Source: Asterias rubens
Lineage: Eukaryota
Reading direction: 5' to 3'
Assembly: GCF_902459465.1 (NCBI RefSeq)
Contig: NC_047065.1
Location: 1,984,001-2,048,000, forward strand
DNA length: 64,000 nucleotides
The notes under the pieces are model-generated. The model saw only the letters and a list, made by a program, of their open reading frames with translations. It was not told the origin of the DNA and made no database searches. Numbering within the stretch: the first letter of the stretch is position 1; the number at the start of each line of letters is the position of its first letter. Positions 12,501 to 24,850 of the stretch are shown piece by piece. The position numbers and the translations under genes were made by a program.

Positions 12501-14292
12501 GATTCTGTTTCAAATGTACTCTTTTCTGGTGCTTTGTTAAATTTTCTTTTAAAAAAGAAATTTTTCACTCTAACATTTTTAGACGTCTAGGCCCTATATT
12601 TGTAAGCAAGATTCCATTTTTCCTCTGCTCCGATAAATGAATCATCTCTAATTTATATTATACCTGTTGGATTTGGGTCTTGCATGCCACCAGTCTGTCC
12701 CTCCAGCAGTCCGAGGGACTGGACAGCCAGAACGGCTGTCTGGTTGTCCATACCTACAAACAAAAGTAAACAGTAAACAATCATTAACCAACAAATAAAA
12801 GTAAACATTATAACCCATAATAAGTAAACACTCAATAAAAACAATAAAAGATTCAATAAAAAGAAAGGCCAGGTCAATTTCAGAAAGCTTTTAAGCACAA
12901 AAACTTGCTAAGCACAGATATCTTTTGCTTAAAAATATAGTTTACCAGCCAAAATACACTATACTTTCTATTGCTGCGACTGGTACCCCGCTCATTTCTT
13001 GCTTAGCCAGGAAATTTGCAAAGCAGTTTTTCTACTTAACACTAACAGCTGAAATTGGACCCAATGCCCAATGATATGCCTGTGTAAGCAGAGCCTTTCT
13101 TAAATCACAGAAAAGATGCTTTTCCTGTTTCTGTAAAAGTTTTACAGAAACAGGTTTACCAGCTAAAAATACATGCTTACACGTTTTACAAGTTTACGTT
13201 GTTTTGCTGATGCCCCAACTCAACTTTCGCTTAGCAAAGAAATTTGTCTAGAAGCACTTAGCAGTATTTTCTGAACTGTAGTTTTTTTTTAAATATATTT
13301 TCTGAAAACTTCACAGGATATTTTTATAAGAAAAATATTCTTGTAGGCCCCCTTTATTTTTTCATTTTATTTTTTCTCTCTTTTTTTTTTTTTGGGGGGG
13401 GATTTAAAGTGTTTGAAGTCACCTATTTGTATTATTAAAACGTTTAGACAGGTTGATTGAAAGGTAAACATTATTTATTCCAAAAATTCATCCATTGAAC
13501 TGATAAACAGTTTCGAACGATTTGTTTATCTGTCCAAAATAATAATAACATAAGTGATGATAATTGCTGTTTTTTTGTTTTTTTTAACAACACAACACAT
13601 AATCAAGACAATGACAATCACTATCATCAGTCATTCCCTTTTAAGTTTGCCGCCGTCTTCAAAGTTTGATCATGTTGATAACCTATCCACCCACACCCCC
13701 TCTGAATTTGTTTTACTAAATACATCAAAGGAATGCAAAGCTGTTGAATTTAAGTTGATGGATGAGTTTTGATGGAACAGCCTATGAGCCGTTTGGCTAT
13801 TCCCTAAAAATGTTATCGCTTTTCCAAGAATGGCTCCACACCCGCTAGATCAGGAATGCCCGCTCTTCCAACAATAAATCACACATTTTTTCACCCTCAA
13901 AAAGTAATTTTAGTTTTCTTCTTTTCTTGCTATTTATGTGCATGAAACTCTTCAATGTACCTCAACTTGAATGATGGAGTGTACCTCGCTAGAAATATCT
14001 TTTAGAAACACACATTCATAGCTTTTTTTATGCGAAGCTTTTTTTTTAACACTGCTGTTCGTGATTTGTAATTTCAGTTTTGCTCCTAGCCAAAATTCTG
14101 GACAAATTTGGGTGCCGACTTCACCAACTAAATTACACAACTTGCACATCTCTCCTAAAATTAAATAATCAATAAAGAGATCCCTATGGATTATTAAAGT
14201 ATTTATATCTTCAGGCTATAATAAATGCTTGAATAAGGAGAGTTTTAAAATGCAAACTTACCCGTCAACGCGTCGAAAAGTGCTTGCGCCAT
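6530..14292 (-). CDS. ZNF341: Zinc finger protein 341 ortholog (~881 aa)
   Basis: Exons 14292-14262, 12753-12664, 12430-11541, 10931-10850, 9558-9416, 8532-8333 and 7739-6530 total 2646 nt, in frame. The N-terminus [24 protein letters not shown] and motif [28 protein letters not shown] match human ZNF341 ([51 protein letters not shown], recalled), as does the finger [24 protein letters not shown]. Confidence 0.92.
9030..9380 (-). mobile_element. L2-clade LINE 3' remnant
   Basis: The minus strand translates to the typical L2 C-terminus ([37 protein letters not shown]...[10 protein letters not shown]), followed by an (ATT)n-like tail. Confidence 0.7.
10453..10694. mobile_element. GC-rich MITE with TIR GGGTGCGTTCGTTTAGC (Harbinger-like)
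   Basis: 17-bp terminal inverted repeat and internal repeats of CCCAGGTGAGCCCC, in a ZNF341 intron. Confidence 0.7.
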
Positions 14293-15140
14293 TTTGTCTG
14301 TATTGCAATCTACGTAAAAATTCCCCTCTCATAAAACAACCGGCAGAACAGCACACAGTGCGCAGAGGGGACGCGATCATGTACAAAAACTGCACAGTCC
14401 ATTACATTTCAGACAATACATGTTGCTGTTACAGTTCCAGAGGGGGACTCGTACATAGCCGGAATTCCCAAACAAAACCTTGAAATAAAACAACCAATAC
14501 ATACAAAATATATGAAGGACGAATACTGTATGTGATAGAAAATAAACTTCTAAACGGCAGTATGTATCATTAAAAAAATCCAAAATAAGACCCCCAAAAA
14601 ATGTAATAAACCACAAAGCAAAAAAACCATGAAGGTATATATCTGCTTGTATTAATTTAAATCATAGGCCTAATTAAATTTTTAAAAAGGTAATTGCGGT
14701 TCGAAAACAAGATCAAAGCGCATATTATTACAAAGACAAACTAGCTAGGACATCATTAATCTACTATTTAGGACAGAGATATGAATCGTAGAATTTTTTC
14801 AAAAATTACTCTATATAGAGTAATTTTTTATATAAAACCATCTATGGAAGTTTCCATCTTACACTGTGGCCAAACCAGGCAAGTAAATTACCTACTGGAA
14901 ATACAACTGCAAGTTTCCAAATGTACTGCTCATGCGCCGTATGTTACACCGCCTTATTTCTCGCGAGAAGGAGCGCCATTATCGCCGTCTATCGTGTTTT
15001 CCGGGGTTTCGTCTTGAAACGGGATTTCATCGAGAAATTACGGGAAGTTTTGTGAAAACTTAGGAAAAACTTTTGAAACTTTTGTTTACATACGATCCAA
15101 GTGAACTAGCGTGACACCGTGTCTCAAAATTGAGCGTAAG
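14293..15140. promoter_or_regulatory. Bidirectional promoter region of ZNF341/BANP, including a BANP 5' non-coding exon
   Basis: CpG-enriched patches next to the ZNF341 ATG and at 14930-15130. Palindrome TTCTCGCGAGAA at 14958-14969. Splice donor GAGC|GTAAGT near 15135 upstream of the BANP coding exons. Confidence 0.65.
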
Positions 15141-16295
15141 TATCCAGAAAACGATGATATATAAATAACCTTGAGAGCCTGCTCTTGGTTTGATCACAAA
15201 CCAAATGGAATGCTGGAACCACCACGTTTTTTGCAACGAATTTATTTATCTGCTCGAGCTCTGTGTTTTAATTTTTTTAGACAGGAACTTGCCAACTTCT
15301 TATCCTGTATATTGTTTCCTTTCTTATTTTCTTACGCTTACGTCCTTGGGTTGATCATTGATGGTTAGGTTGGGAGTTTTTGGCAAACTGGGACTGGAGG
15401 GATGATTTAATAAATTTTCTATGATTTTGTGTATTATTATTAATAATATTTGACAATTTATTATTTAATTAATAAAGTTAATCAGTCACTGCTCACACTA
15501 CACAGTCACTCTCACTGCTCAGTCTCATTCATTGGATGATTGTTATAAAATGTAAATATTTATGTTGACATCCAAATGCAATACGCCCCTACATCACCCC
15601 TCTTTTAATTTTATAGTTGTTAACAAGAATTTATAAACCCCTTAATTAATATTTTATCCAAAAATAAAACAGCAGCCTTTTTTAAAACATAAAATAAACC
15701 TCATAGTCATATCGCTTAATTATTAATATAGGGAACATTTCAAACAATCAAAAGTACCATGTAAAAAAGTTTACCAGAGGGTTTATCGCGATGCAGAACC
15801 GAATGCGTTAACTTATGGGTAGGTAACACAGATGGGGCAGATTTGCTATCGCGGTGTATGTTTGTCATGCATGACTCGCGCAGGCATCACCTATCTTTGT
15901 GTTGGTTCAACAGCGCCCTCTCTTGATATTTTGCTATTCGCGAAAAACCTTATTATGTATGGAAGCAGACCATACTAATATTATAATCCCTAACTAACCC
16001 TCCAACCCTCCATCCTTCCTATGGTCGCAGACTGCCGGTGCGATGGAGGGGGTTTAATGATTCTCAAGAACTGTCGTAAGTCAAGATGAAGAGGGGGACG
16101 GGTAATACTAGTAAAGATAATTGTAGAAGTGGGCGGGAATATAGGAGACAACAAAATATTGCTTGAGCTGTCATTAATTGCACCAAAAACAATGTTGAAA
16201 CTTTTTTTGTCTAAATCTAAATCTAACTTGACTATTTGTTTATTTCAAACAATATTGGTAAAGTGTTGATTGTTGAAGCATCTGTCACCTCAAGG

Positions 16296-19200
16296 ATGAC
16301 AACAATAAAACTGAAGAGTGACGAGGAAACAAGTGATGAAACAATGTTACAAATGGATGTAGAACAGATAGCGGTACCAACCCTCCTTACAGAGTCAGGT
16401 AAAGTACTGTGCCTTAATCTTGCCTGACTCCTAGAACTATATATGAGGTTCGTTCCGCTATTGTGTGGAGACGATAGCAGAACAAGCCTCTTAGTTCTAG
16501 GAGTAAATCTAGCCCACCTTGGCGACTATGACAAAACCGATGTTAAAGAGAGAAAAGTAATAGCCCATAAGGTGGGCTAGGATCAATCTATCCGAAATAG
16601 TACTTGCAAATCTTGTTAGTATTCAAACAGACACCAATGTCCAACTGCAGTCTGAATGCTAGGACTTTAAAAGTCTACTCCTTTAACAACTTTGCACGTA
16701 AAGAGACCAAGTTCTTGAAGGATAAATTGCTCAGTCTCTTGACATGGTTTGAAGTCACAAGCAGTAGATGACAAATATTGTTAGGCGATCTCTCATTATC
16801 CAAGTATCAACAATTTTCCCACTGGATTTGATTATAAATGTGTTACAAGTTTAATAGCATTCATGAACTAAAACATACTTAAATTTATTTTTTGTATAAA
16901 TATTATTCTTAAAAATCAAAGCATCTGTTTTTTTTTGTAAACTTTTTTTGGTATTTTATTTATTGAAGAAGCGCAATATGAAGATGAAGAACCGATGGCA
17001 AAGAGACAGAGAACAGAAGAAGCTGAAACAATAACAATGGATGACAGTGTTAAGGTTGGTTTCCATAGCAACACACCAGTAAGCTTATTCCTATCCCTTT
17101 TGTGAGGTATTCAGGTAACTAAGTGATTTATAGTTTGTGGAAAAATGGGTTCCTCTCTTGTGCCACCCAACCTCCCCCAACCTTATTTGTTGTGTATAAT
17201 TTAACTTTGCTTGTTTTTAAAACATTCTGCTATTTAGACGATTCTTTTCAACATAAACAAAGCCATCTCGTTTCGGCTGGACAGTGTGGAGCGCAAGTTA
17301 ACTAATCTACACAACACCTGCTATAAGATGGGACGCAAGATGGACAACCTTAACTTATCTGTCATAAGAGCGCTATCAAGAATCAAAGAACTGGAGAAAA
17401 CAACGTAAGTTTTTCAAAAAATTTGGATAAAATGTGAATTCATCTTCACATTGACAGCATTTAGGTCACAATGTGTAATTGTATCGCTTCCGGAGAAAAT
17501 TAAAGTGAATTTTTTTATCTTTTCAGTGAAAATGGTTGTGCTTCACCTAATAATACAGTCGTCATTGGTTTTCCTCCAGAAGGTAAAATATGCCTAAATA
17601 ATCCTACTAATTTAACTGAAATTTATGTAAAGCAGTAGTTTCAACCAAGGTTTTAGTCGGTAAAAAGGTGTCAAAATGTGCTGAAATTCTTAAAACTGGG
17701 TGTCTAAATGTTTTCACTTACAATACATTTACATATGAATGACAGATACAAATTTCAGGCAGGGCGACCATTGCTGTCCAAAAGACATTTAAACACCCTT
17801 CTGGCTAACACTATTGTTTCCACAAAAGCTTTCTACTTAAATTGTTCATTACAGTTATTAATTTGTTGATGTATTTTTTTATTGTTTACATTTCGAACAG
17901 ACCACGACCAGAGTCCATCCAACCCACAGTCACCGATTTCACAGAGCATCAGTCGGAATGTCACACTAATAACTCTAAACACAGAAGGTAAGTGAAATCA
18001 AAATACTAGGTATACTTCTTAAGGGCATGGTTTACCCTTGGTTTATTGTTGTAATGTTAATGTAGATATAACATACAATAATGCTAAACTGTGAAAATTT
18101 CATTTCAAGAGGTTAGAATTTGAGGCTAATATATCAACTCAGGAAGGATAATATTGAATAGGAATATACAATCTGACAAACATTGTGACAGTAACGCTTC
18201 CTATTCAACTTTTGGGGCATAGCAACTAATAATATCTCATTACATAACCACCTAACTTCAAAGTGAAATGCTTCTCAACATGCTTTTTATTATCAAAAGC
18301 TGCTGTAGGCTTCTAACCAATAAATTTGTATTGCCATTGATATTTAAGAGTGACTACTAACCGTATACCATTCCTTTAAAAACTATAGGATTTAAATAAT
18401 TTGATAAAAAATCATGGTTTACTTTCTTTTACTTAGATGACTTTCCAAATGGTAGTTGGCTTGGCGATGAAACAAACATGGAGTGCAGAGTGCGATGCGG
18501 AATCTCACAGTCGTAAGTATCTGATCATTTTAATGCTTGGGTGAGGTTTGCGGTAGCACCATGCGAAAATCTCTTTTGAGTAGTGTTGGTTCTGAGAAGA
18601 ACCCATAGTTGACAACTCAACGTTTCGATCAGTTTGCTCTGATCGTCTTGAGGAGAAATTGCGGTAAGATTTGCACAAACTACCATGGGCCAAATTTCAT
18701 AGAGCTGCTTAAGCACAAAAAGTATGTACAGTTTGTGATTGGTATCCTGTTTTAGCAGACAATTGGTAAGCATTATTTTCTGCTTAAGCTGCTATATGAA
18801 ATTGGGCCCTGGTGATATGCAAGTATGTGCTAAACTCTCAATCAAAAGCACCTCTAACCAAATTTGTTTTTATTTCATTATTCAATGCAGTTGTCACTCT
18901 AATAAATGCAATGGTCCTTTCCATCATTACACACAGTGACATGTTGCATGTAATGCAAACTGCCAAAACACCAGAGAAGTGTGCCCTTAAGTTGCTGGAC
19001 TACCTTTTTGATAGAGAGACGCAAGCTTCATCGAACCTGTCTGGCACTGGAAAGCATGGCAAGAAACAGTTAAACCCACTTATGATTTATGGACTAAGAT
19101 GTAAGTGATCCAGAAAAATCAACATTTGAGATGATCAAGCAAAATGAGGTGATTGTCGACCTAGGTCATTTGAGTTTTTTGTATACATTTGAAAAGAGCA

Positions 19201-22200
19201 TAATTTATACCTAAAAGCCTTAGGACACTTTCGGAACAGAAAAAAAAAAAAATTACTTACAAATAACCTACAGGGTTTACAGAAGGAAATGGTGAAAGAC
19301 TACTCTTGAAATATTATTTTTAATGAAATGCTTTACTTTTTGAGAAAACATTAAAACATTTATCAATTCTCGATATCGAGAATTACGGATTTATTATAAA
19401 CACATGTCATGACACGGCGAAACGTGCGTAAACAAGGGTGGGTTTTCACTTTATTTTCTCCCGACTCCGATGACCGATTGAGCCTTTAATTTTCACAGGT
19501 TTGTTATTTTATATTTGGACCAGGCATTTAAGTGACTGCCCCCCTCTTAAGTTAACTAATTGTTGACTTAGCAGCAGCCCACCTGCTGAGGTTCTTATTT
19601 CCCAGGGTATGGTCAGTGTGGTCAGCCCCAGCTCTAACCCCAGGTATAGTGTAGCTATTGTGCTAGCAAGTCATTCCATTGCAAGTTATCAACATGTGAA
19701 CAAGTAATTTTTCAAGAGTCTGTGCTATTCCAGTTTTCAGAGTTATTCCCATCCTTGTTATACTTACACATCAACCCTTTTTTATCTTTTGTGCTTGTGA
19801 ATAAAATACTTGTATAAAGAATCAATCTTGTCAGGTCACATATTTAAGTTGTGATACACGAAGTGTGGGCCTTTGGAAAATACTTTATACCGAAAGTGTC
19901 TAATGGCTTTAACACTTTTACAATCATAATGTAATTTACCAGTTGTGAAAGTAGAAACACCAAGAAATAAGAGAGCAAGAAACTGAAAAAAAAAAAGGTT
20001 TTAAAATCGACATGTTTTTCAATCACACTGTACATTGGCACATTTTCTTTCACTGCTTGGTTGTTTATCAGGGAGGAAGTTGCCAATATAAAATAAGATT
20101 TAAATTTTGTTGTTTTAAATTTTACCTCTGTTGGCCTATGTTTGTTTCTCCGTAAATAATAATTCTGACAAATGAATCCTTTTGCTTGTCACATCACTTT
20201 TTTTCTAAGAGAATGAAAGCAATTTGTTTAAAAATGTTGTTTCGTGATTGGAGATGATACAATGTACTACATTTTGTTCCCTTTTAAAGGTCACCTTATC
20301 AAGCATTTTGACATCACCGATTGTGAATGGCATCGGATCAGAATGAATATTGATTCAAAGTGTCGCACAGCATTCCGACGTAAGCAGCGTGGCCTTCCAA
20401 TGACCGTTAAAGCATTCGGGTATAAGACAGGCAACAGTGATGCCGATCAATTTCTAAATGAAAGGGTGAGTTGGTCACAGATTCTTATAAGTGGGTCTCT
20501 TGAGTTGCAAAAGTAAGAACGAAGAGTATCAGGTTTAAAGGCAGTGGACACTATTGGTAATTACTCAAAATAATTCAAATTTTCACAGGTTTGTTATTTT
20601 ATGCATTGTTGAGATACACCAAGTGAGAAGACTGTTCTTTGACAATTACCAATAGTGTCCACTGCTTTTAAAGGGAGGCTACACCTTTAGTAATTACTCC
20701 AAAAATGTATGACCATACAAACTTACTTGGGAAAGAGCACTGAAGAGCTGTTGGTATTATAAAACATTGTTGCGAACACCATCCTTTTTAATAAATAGTT
20801 ATGTAGTTTTAGAGAAAGAGGTTATTTCTCACCCGAACTATTTGAATCTGAGGTAGACTTCAGGCATGAAGCCTTCCTCGGGCGCTATGAAGCATCTCAT
20901 GCATCTGGAACCACACAATTCTATAGAACGAGGGTGGTTTATTCTTTCATTCTTTTCTTGCGACTTCAATGACCAATAGAGCCCAGATGTTCACAGGTTT
21001 GTTATTTTATGCATAGATTGGGGCACACCAAGTGAGGATACTGGTCTTAAACAATCACCAAAAGCATACACTGCTTAACTATAGTTCAGATGATTAAAGC
21101 AAATACGATGTAGTTCAACATATAAAGTCATTATACCACAATTCAGACCTCCGCAGCTTATCAGTGGGATATTTACTTGCATCACTTTAAGAATTTTTTT
21201 TTGTAGAGTATCAAGTCTTAAAGGCAGTGGACACTATTGGTAATTGTCAAAGACTAGCCTTCACAGTTGGTGTATCTCAACAGATGCATAAAATAACAAA
21301 CCTGTGAAAATTTGAGCTCAATCGGTCATCGAACTTGCGAGATAATAATGAAAGAAAAAAACACCCTCGTCACTCGAAGTTGTGTGCGTTTAGATGGTTG
21401 ATTTCGAGACCTAAGTTCTAAATCTGAGGTCTCGAAATCAAATTCGTGGAAAATTACTTCTTTCTTGAAAACTACCTTAATTCAGAGGGAGCAGATTCTC
21501 ACAATGTTTTATACCACCAACCTCTCCCCATTACTCGTCACCAAGAAAGGTTTTATGCTAATAATTATTTTGAGTATTTACCAATAGTGTCCACTGCCTT
21601 TGAGTTTGTCTTTATTTCTTTAAGCAGTTTGGAGAACGAGTCGACCATACAACTGATTCTCGCAGCTCAGAAGAAGAAGTTCAAGGGGTGCATATTCAAC
21701 TACCCGCCGATTCTAATATATCGGATATAGCTCATGAGGTTGAGCATCATCATCATCAGCAAGACAGCAACACTGTCATTAAGAAGGTAAGGTCTTACTT
21801 AAAGCCATTCTCTTCTTCTACTTTGAGTGGTGACCTCGGTCAGTGGTGTTATGACCAAGTTGTCCCCAGTGCTCCCTGTCACAAACCCAGTGTCCCTTCT
21901 TATAATAGTAAATCAACAAAGTCAGGTTACCTTGGCCTCTTAGGGCTTGACCTTGCTCGGACTCCAAGAGGGCAAGCTTGCTGGCTGGATGCGCCGGGTG
22001 GCGTTAGCAGTACCCTGCAAACTTTTTTGCACTAAGCTTGGTGAACCCGAGATAGAGATCAAAACTGGATATGTTTTATCCTCTTGACACCAAGCACCTG
22101 GCATAGCATTCTGGGCCCAATGTCATGGCTCTGCTCACCGTAAGCACAGAATCGGCGCTTATGTAAGCAGGGAATTCTGTGCTTACGGCAAGCAATTTTC

Positions 22201-22634
22201 ACGGGTTAGCGGCAAATTTTGTTTTCTTTGCGTGCATACTCAATGTAACTAGGCATTCTACCCTTACAAGTGTGAGCAGAAACTCGGCACTTGCACGACA
22301 GCGGGGAAATTGTAGTCGTAAGCGCAGAATTCGGCAGTAAGCAGAGCCATGAAATTGGGCCATGGTGTAGCCCCTTTTGAGTTGTTTTGCAAAAAGCAGA
22401 TGTTAATGTCCATGCTTCTCATGAACAGTCATAATTTAGCAGAACTTGGTTTAGTAAGATTCATACATTGTTGTCCACTTCTGTGTACCATAGGTGAGGA
22501 TTGAACAAGATGGCGTACCACTCCACGAGGGCCAGATCAATATAACCCAATCAGGAGAAATTCAAATAGCAGTCATGGAGGAATTAGAAGGAGCTACGAC
22601 GTTAGTCTTACAGCAGCAAAGGGGGGACTCATAG
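16296..22634 (+). CDS. BANP: Protein BANP / SMAR1 (BEN domain), ~405 aa
   Basis: Exons 16296-16398, 16969-17054, 17238-17404, 17527-17582, 17901-17987, 18437-18512, 18937-19100, 20290-20465, 21625-21786 and 22494-22634 total 1218 nt, in frame. VTLITLNTEDDFPNGSWLGDETNMECRVRC and ALKLLDYLFDRETQASSNLSGTGKHGKKQLNPLMIYGLRCHL...IDSKCRTAFRRKQRG match vertebrate BANP (recalled). Confidence 0.93.
19215..19908. mobile_element. Kolobok-like MITE (family B) interrupted by a solo LTR
   Basis: Collinear with the intact family B copies at 44605 and 54545 except for the 19516-19840 insertion. The right end is ..AATGGCT|TTAA. Confidence 0.75.
19516..19840 (+). mobile_element. Probable solo LTR (Gypsy-like 4-bp TSD)
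   Basis: Begins TGGACC and ends GGTCACA (near-inverted TG..CA termini), has AATAAA near 19800, and is flanked by TATT on both sides. Absent from the other family B copies. Confidence 0.65.
20539..21599. mobile_element. Cluster of three Kolobok-like MITEs (short A 20539-20667, related element ~20672-21075, A 21222-21599)
   Basis: Family A TIRs are present. The first two elements share one TTAA at 20668-20671. Confidence 0.7.
22114..22361. mobile_element. PIF/Harbinger-like MITE (family C variant)
   Basis: GGCCCAATGTCATGGCTCTGCT ... GCAGAGCCATGAAATTGGGCC, highly similar to 48135-48378. Confidence 0.72.
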
Positions 22635-23270
22635 AGAACCAAGACATGTGTCATTAGGACGGAGGACGTAGTACCTAGTAGTGATTATACCTAGGGTAGT
22701 GGCCGGCTATTTTTGAAACTATTGGCACGGTTCCTACTTCCTTGGTATGTAATAGGAATTTTGTAATAGGAATTTTGACGTCAGAAATTCGCAACGAAAA
22801 GCTTGCATCAGTTGACTTGTGCTCAACTCCTGCGGAACATTCACTGCGAAAACTGCCTTGTGACGTCAAAATTCGTCCTCACAAACACAGGAAGTATGAA
22901 TAAGGCTTTTGAGTGGCTGATGATGCTTGAAGGAGTTGCTTGCTGTCAGGGCCCAATTTCAAAGAGCTACTTTAGCACAAGCTCAGCACAACACAATTAT
23001 GCTTACCAGAGTATGGTTACCAGCCAAACTACTATGTCACACAAACAATCTGTGACTGGTATCCTACTTATTTCTGCTAAGCAGAATTCTTTTCAGCAAT
23101 AATTTGTGCTTAAGCAGCTCTATGAAATTGTGTGCAGATAATGTGAAAGGCAGTGCCAAATTATTGGGGTCATTGAGAGATTGGCATCATTTGAAACACA
23201 GTACTTCCCATATCAGCACACACCAACAAAACTAATAATCATAATGGATGAATAACACAAATCTGCTTAT

Positions 23271-23645
23271 AGACAATGGACACTATTGGTAATTGTCAAA
23301 GACCAGTCTTCTCACTTGGTGTATCTCATCGTATACACAAAACAACAAACCTGTGAAAATTTGAGCTTGATAAAGAGATAAACTATGAAAGAAAGAAAAC
23401 ACCCTTGTCACACGAAGTTGTGTGCTTTCAGATGCCTGATTTCGAGACCTCAAATTCTAAGTCTGAGTCTTAGGATACGAAATCAAATTTGTGGAAAATT
23501 GCTTCTTTCTCGAACACTATGTCACTTCAGAGGGAGCCCTTTCTCACACTGTTTTATACTATCAACCTCTCCCCTTCACTTGTTGCCAAGTAAGGTTTTA
23601 TGCTAATAATTATTTTGAGTAATTACCAATAGTGTCCACTGCCTT
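23271..23645. mobile_element. Kolobok-like MITE (family A), diverged copy in the BANP 3' region
   Basis: Collinear with 915-1292. Confidence 0.72.
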
Positions 23646-24519
23646 CAATCAATTAAGTTTGATAATGGCATTCCGAAAAGGGATCTATGCAGAGTTATTT
23701 GCTGGTGATAAAAAAATATTGTGGCCTTTTTACCAACGACTTTACATCTTATTTATTTTCTTTTTTTGGTGCTTTCAAGTTGTGAATGGTCCAATGAACT
23801 TAAACGTTTGTTTGTTGGCTTGTAGCTTTTGTTAACACTGCTTTTAAAATATAGAAGCACATAAATCAAAAATTTTCCCTCTTTTTTGTTCTTTAGCAGG
23901 CACGATTTTCCTTCCTACTTTTTCCCCTTTTGTTCTTATTTTTTCCTCAGAAGAATTAGCAAATTTTATATTTATTAGCCTTAAAACTTCTATAAAAGAC
24001 TTCACAAAATGTCTGTGTCAAAATCTGTGTAGGTTTATCCCTTTTTTCCTTATGCAACCAGCCTAGCATTTCCAACTCTATTTTTGCATTCCCAATTTTG
24101 TATATTTATTTAACTAATAACCTAAATAAAGGTTTTTAACTATTGCTGCTTTTGTTAAATGTGTTGCGTTTCTTCCTTATTCAGTGTTAGAACTTTTATT
24201 AATGGAAATGCATACAACTAGTACGTAAATACAAATATTGTGTTAACATTTTAATGACTTCTTTTCATCAAAAACTTCTGTTAAGTACAACTTTGGCAAA
24301 TAAGATTTTCTTTACTTTTATGCAAATAAACTGTACATTTGTACAAACAATAATACAATTATTTTGTTAAACTTTATGAATAAGTCAAATAAACTTTGTC
24401 CACAAAAGTGGAGTATGAAGCAAAGAAGTGTTTGTAATTAGCGTTTGTAATTCATTTCAATTCATATTTCCCAGAAAAAATAATTTTTTAAAGAATACTT
24501 TACGAAATGTCTTATAAGA

Positions 24520-24850
24520 CCTACCAAGGCTGTTTCTGACTATGTTTTTTCAAAGATATGTAAATAGATAGGAAACTTGCATGTACCACCATGTGTAAAT
24601 CTCTTTTGTGGGTGTGTTGGCTCTGGCTCTAAAAAGAGCTGGTGTGGTCTTGAAATTTCAAACGGTATACTCTGCACGTCTTCAAGAGAAGAGTAGAGTA
24701 TACTTTTCGAAACATCAAGACCACACCAGCTCTTTTCAGAGCCAACAATCCGAAAAAGAGGTTTACACACGGTTGTACACGTATACTATTTAATTATAGT
24801 TTCTTCTTATTTATCCACAACACGCAGAGGTTCAAACAATGCTGATTAAT
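24520..24850. other. Back-to-back pair of orphan histone-type 3'-end elements (stem-loop plus purine-rich downstream element)
   Basis: Plus strand: AGCTCTTTTCAGAGCC at 24728-24743, then AACAATCCGAAAAAGAGG. Minus strand: AGCTCTTTTTAGAGCC at 24640-24625, then ...ACAAAAGAGATTT. Homologous to 35365-35560. Confidence 0.6.

Noticed and set aside
15905-15926. CTCF-like motif (reverse complement TCAAGAGAGGGCGCTG), with a similar one at ~5079
   Set aside because: Only partial matches to the consensus, expected by chance in CpG-rich patches.
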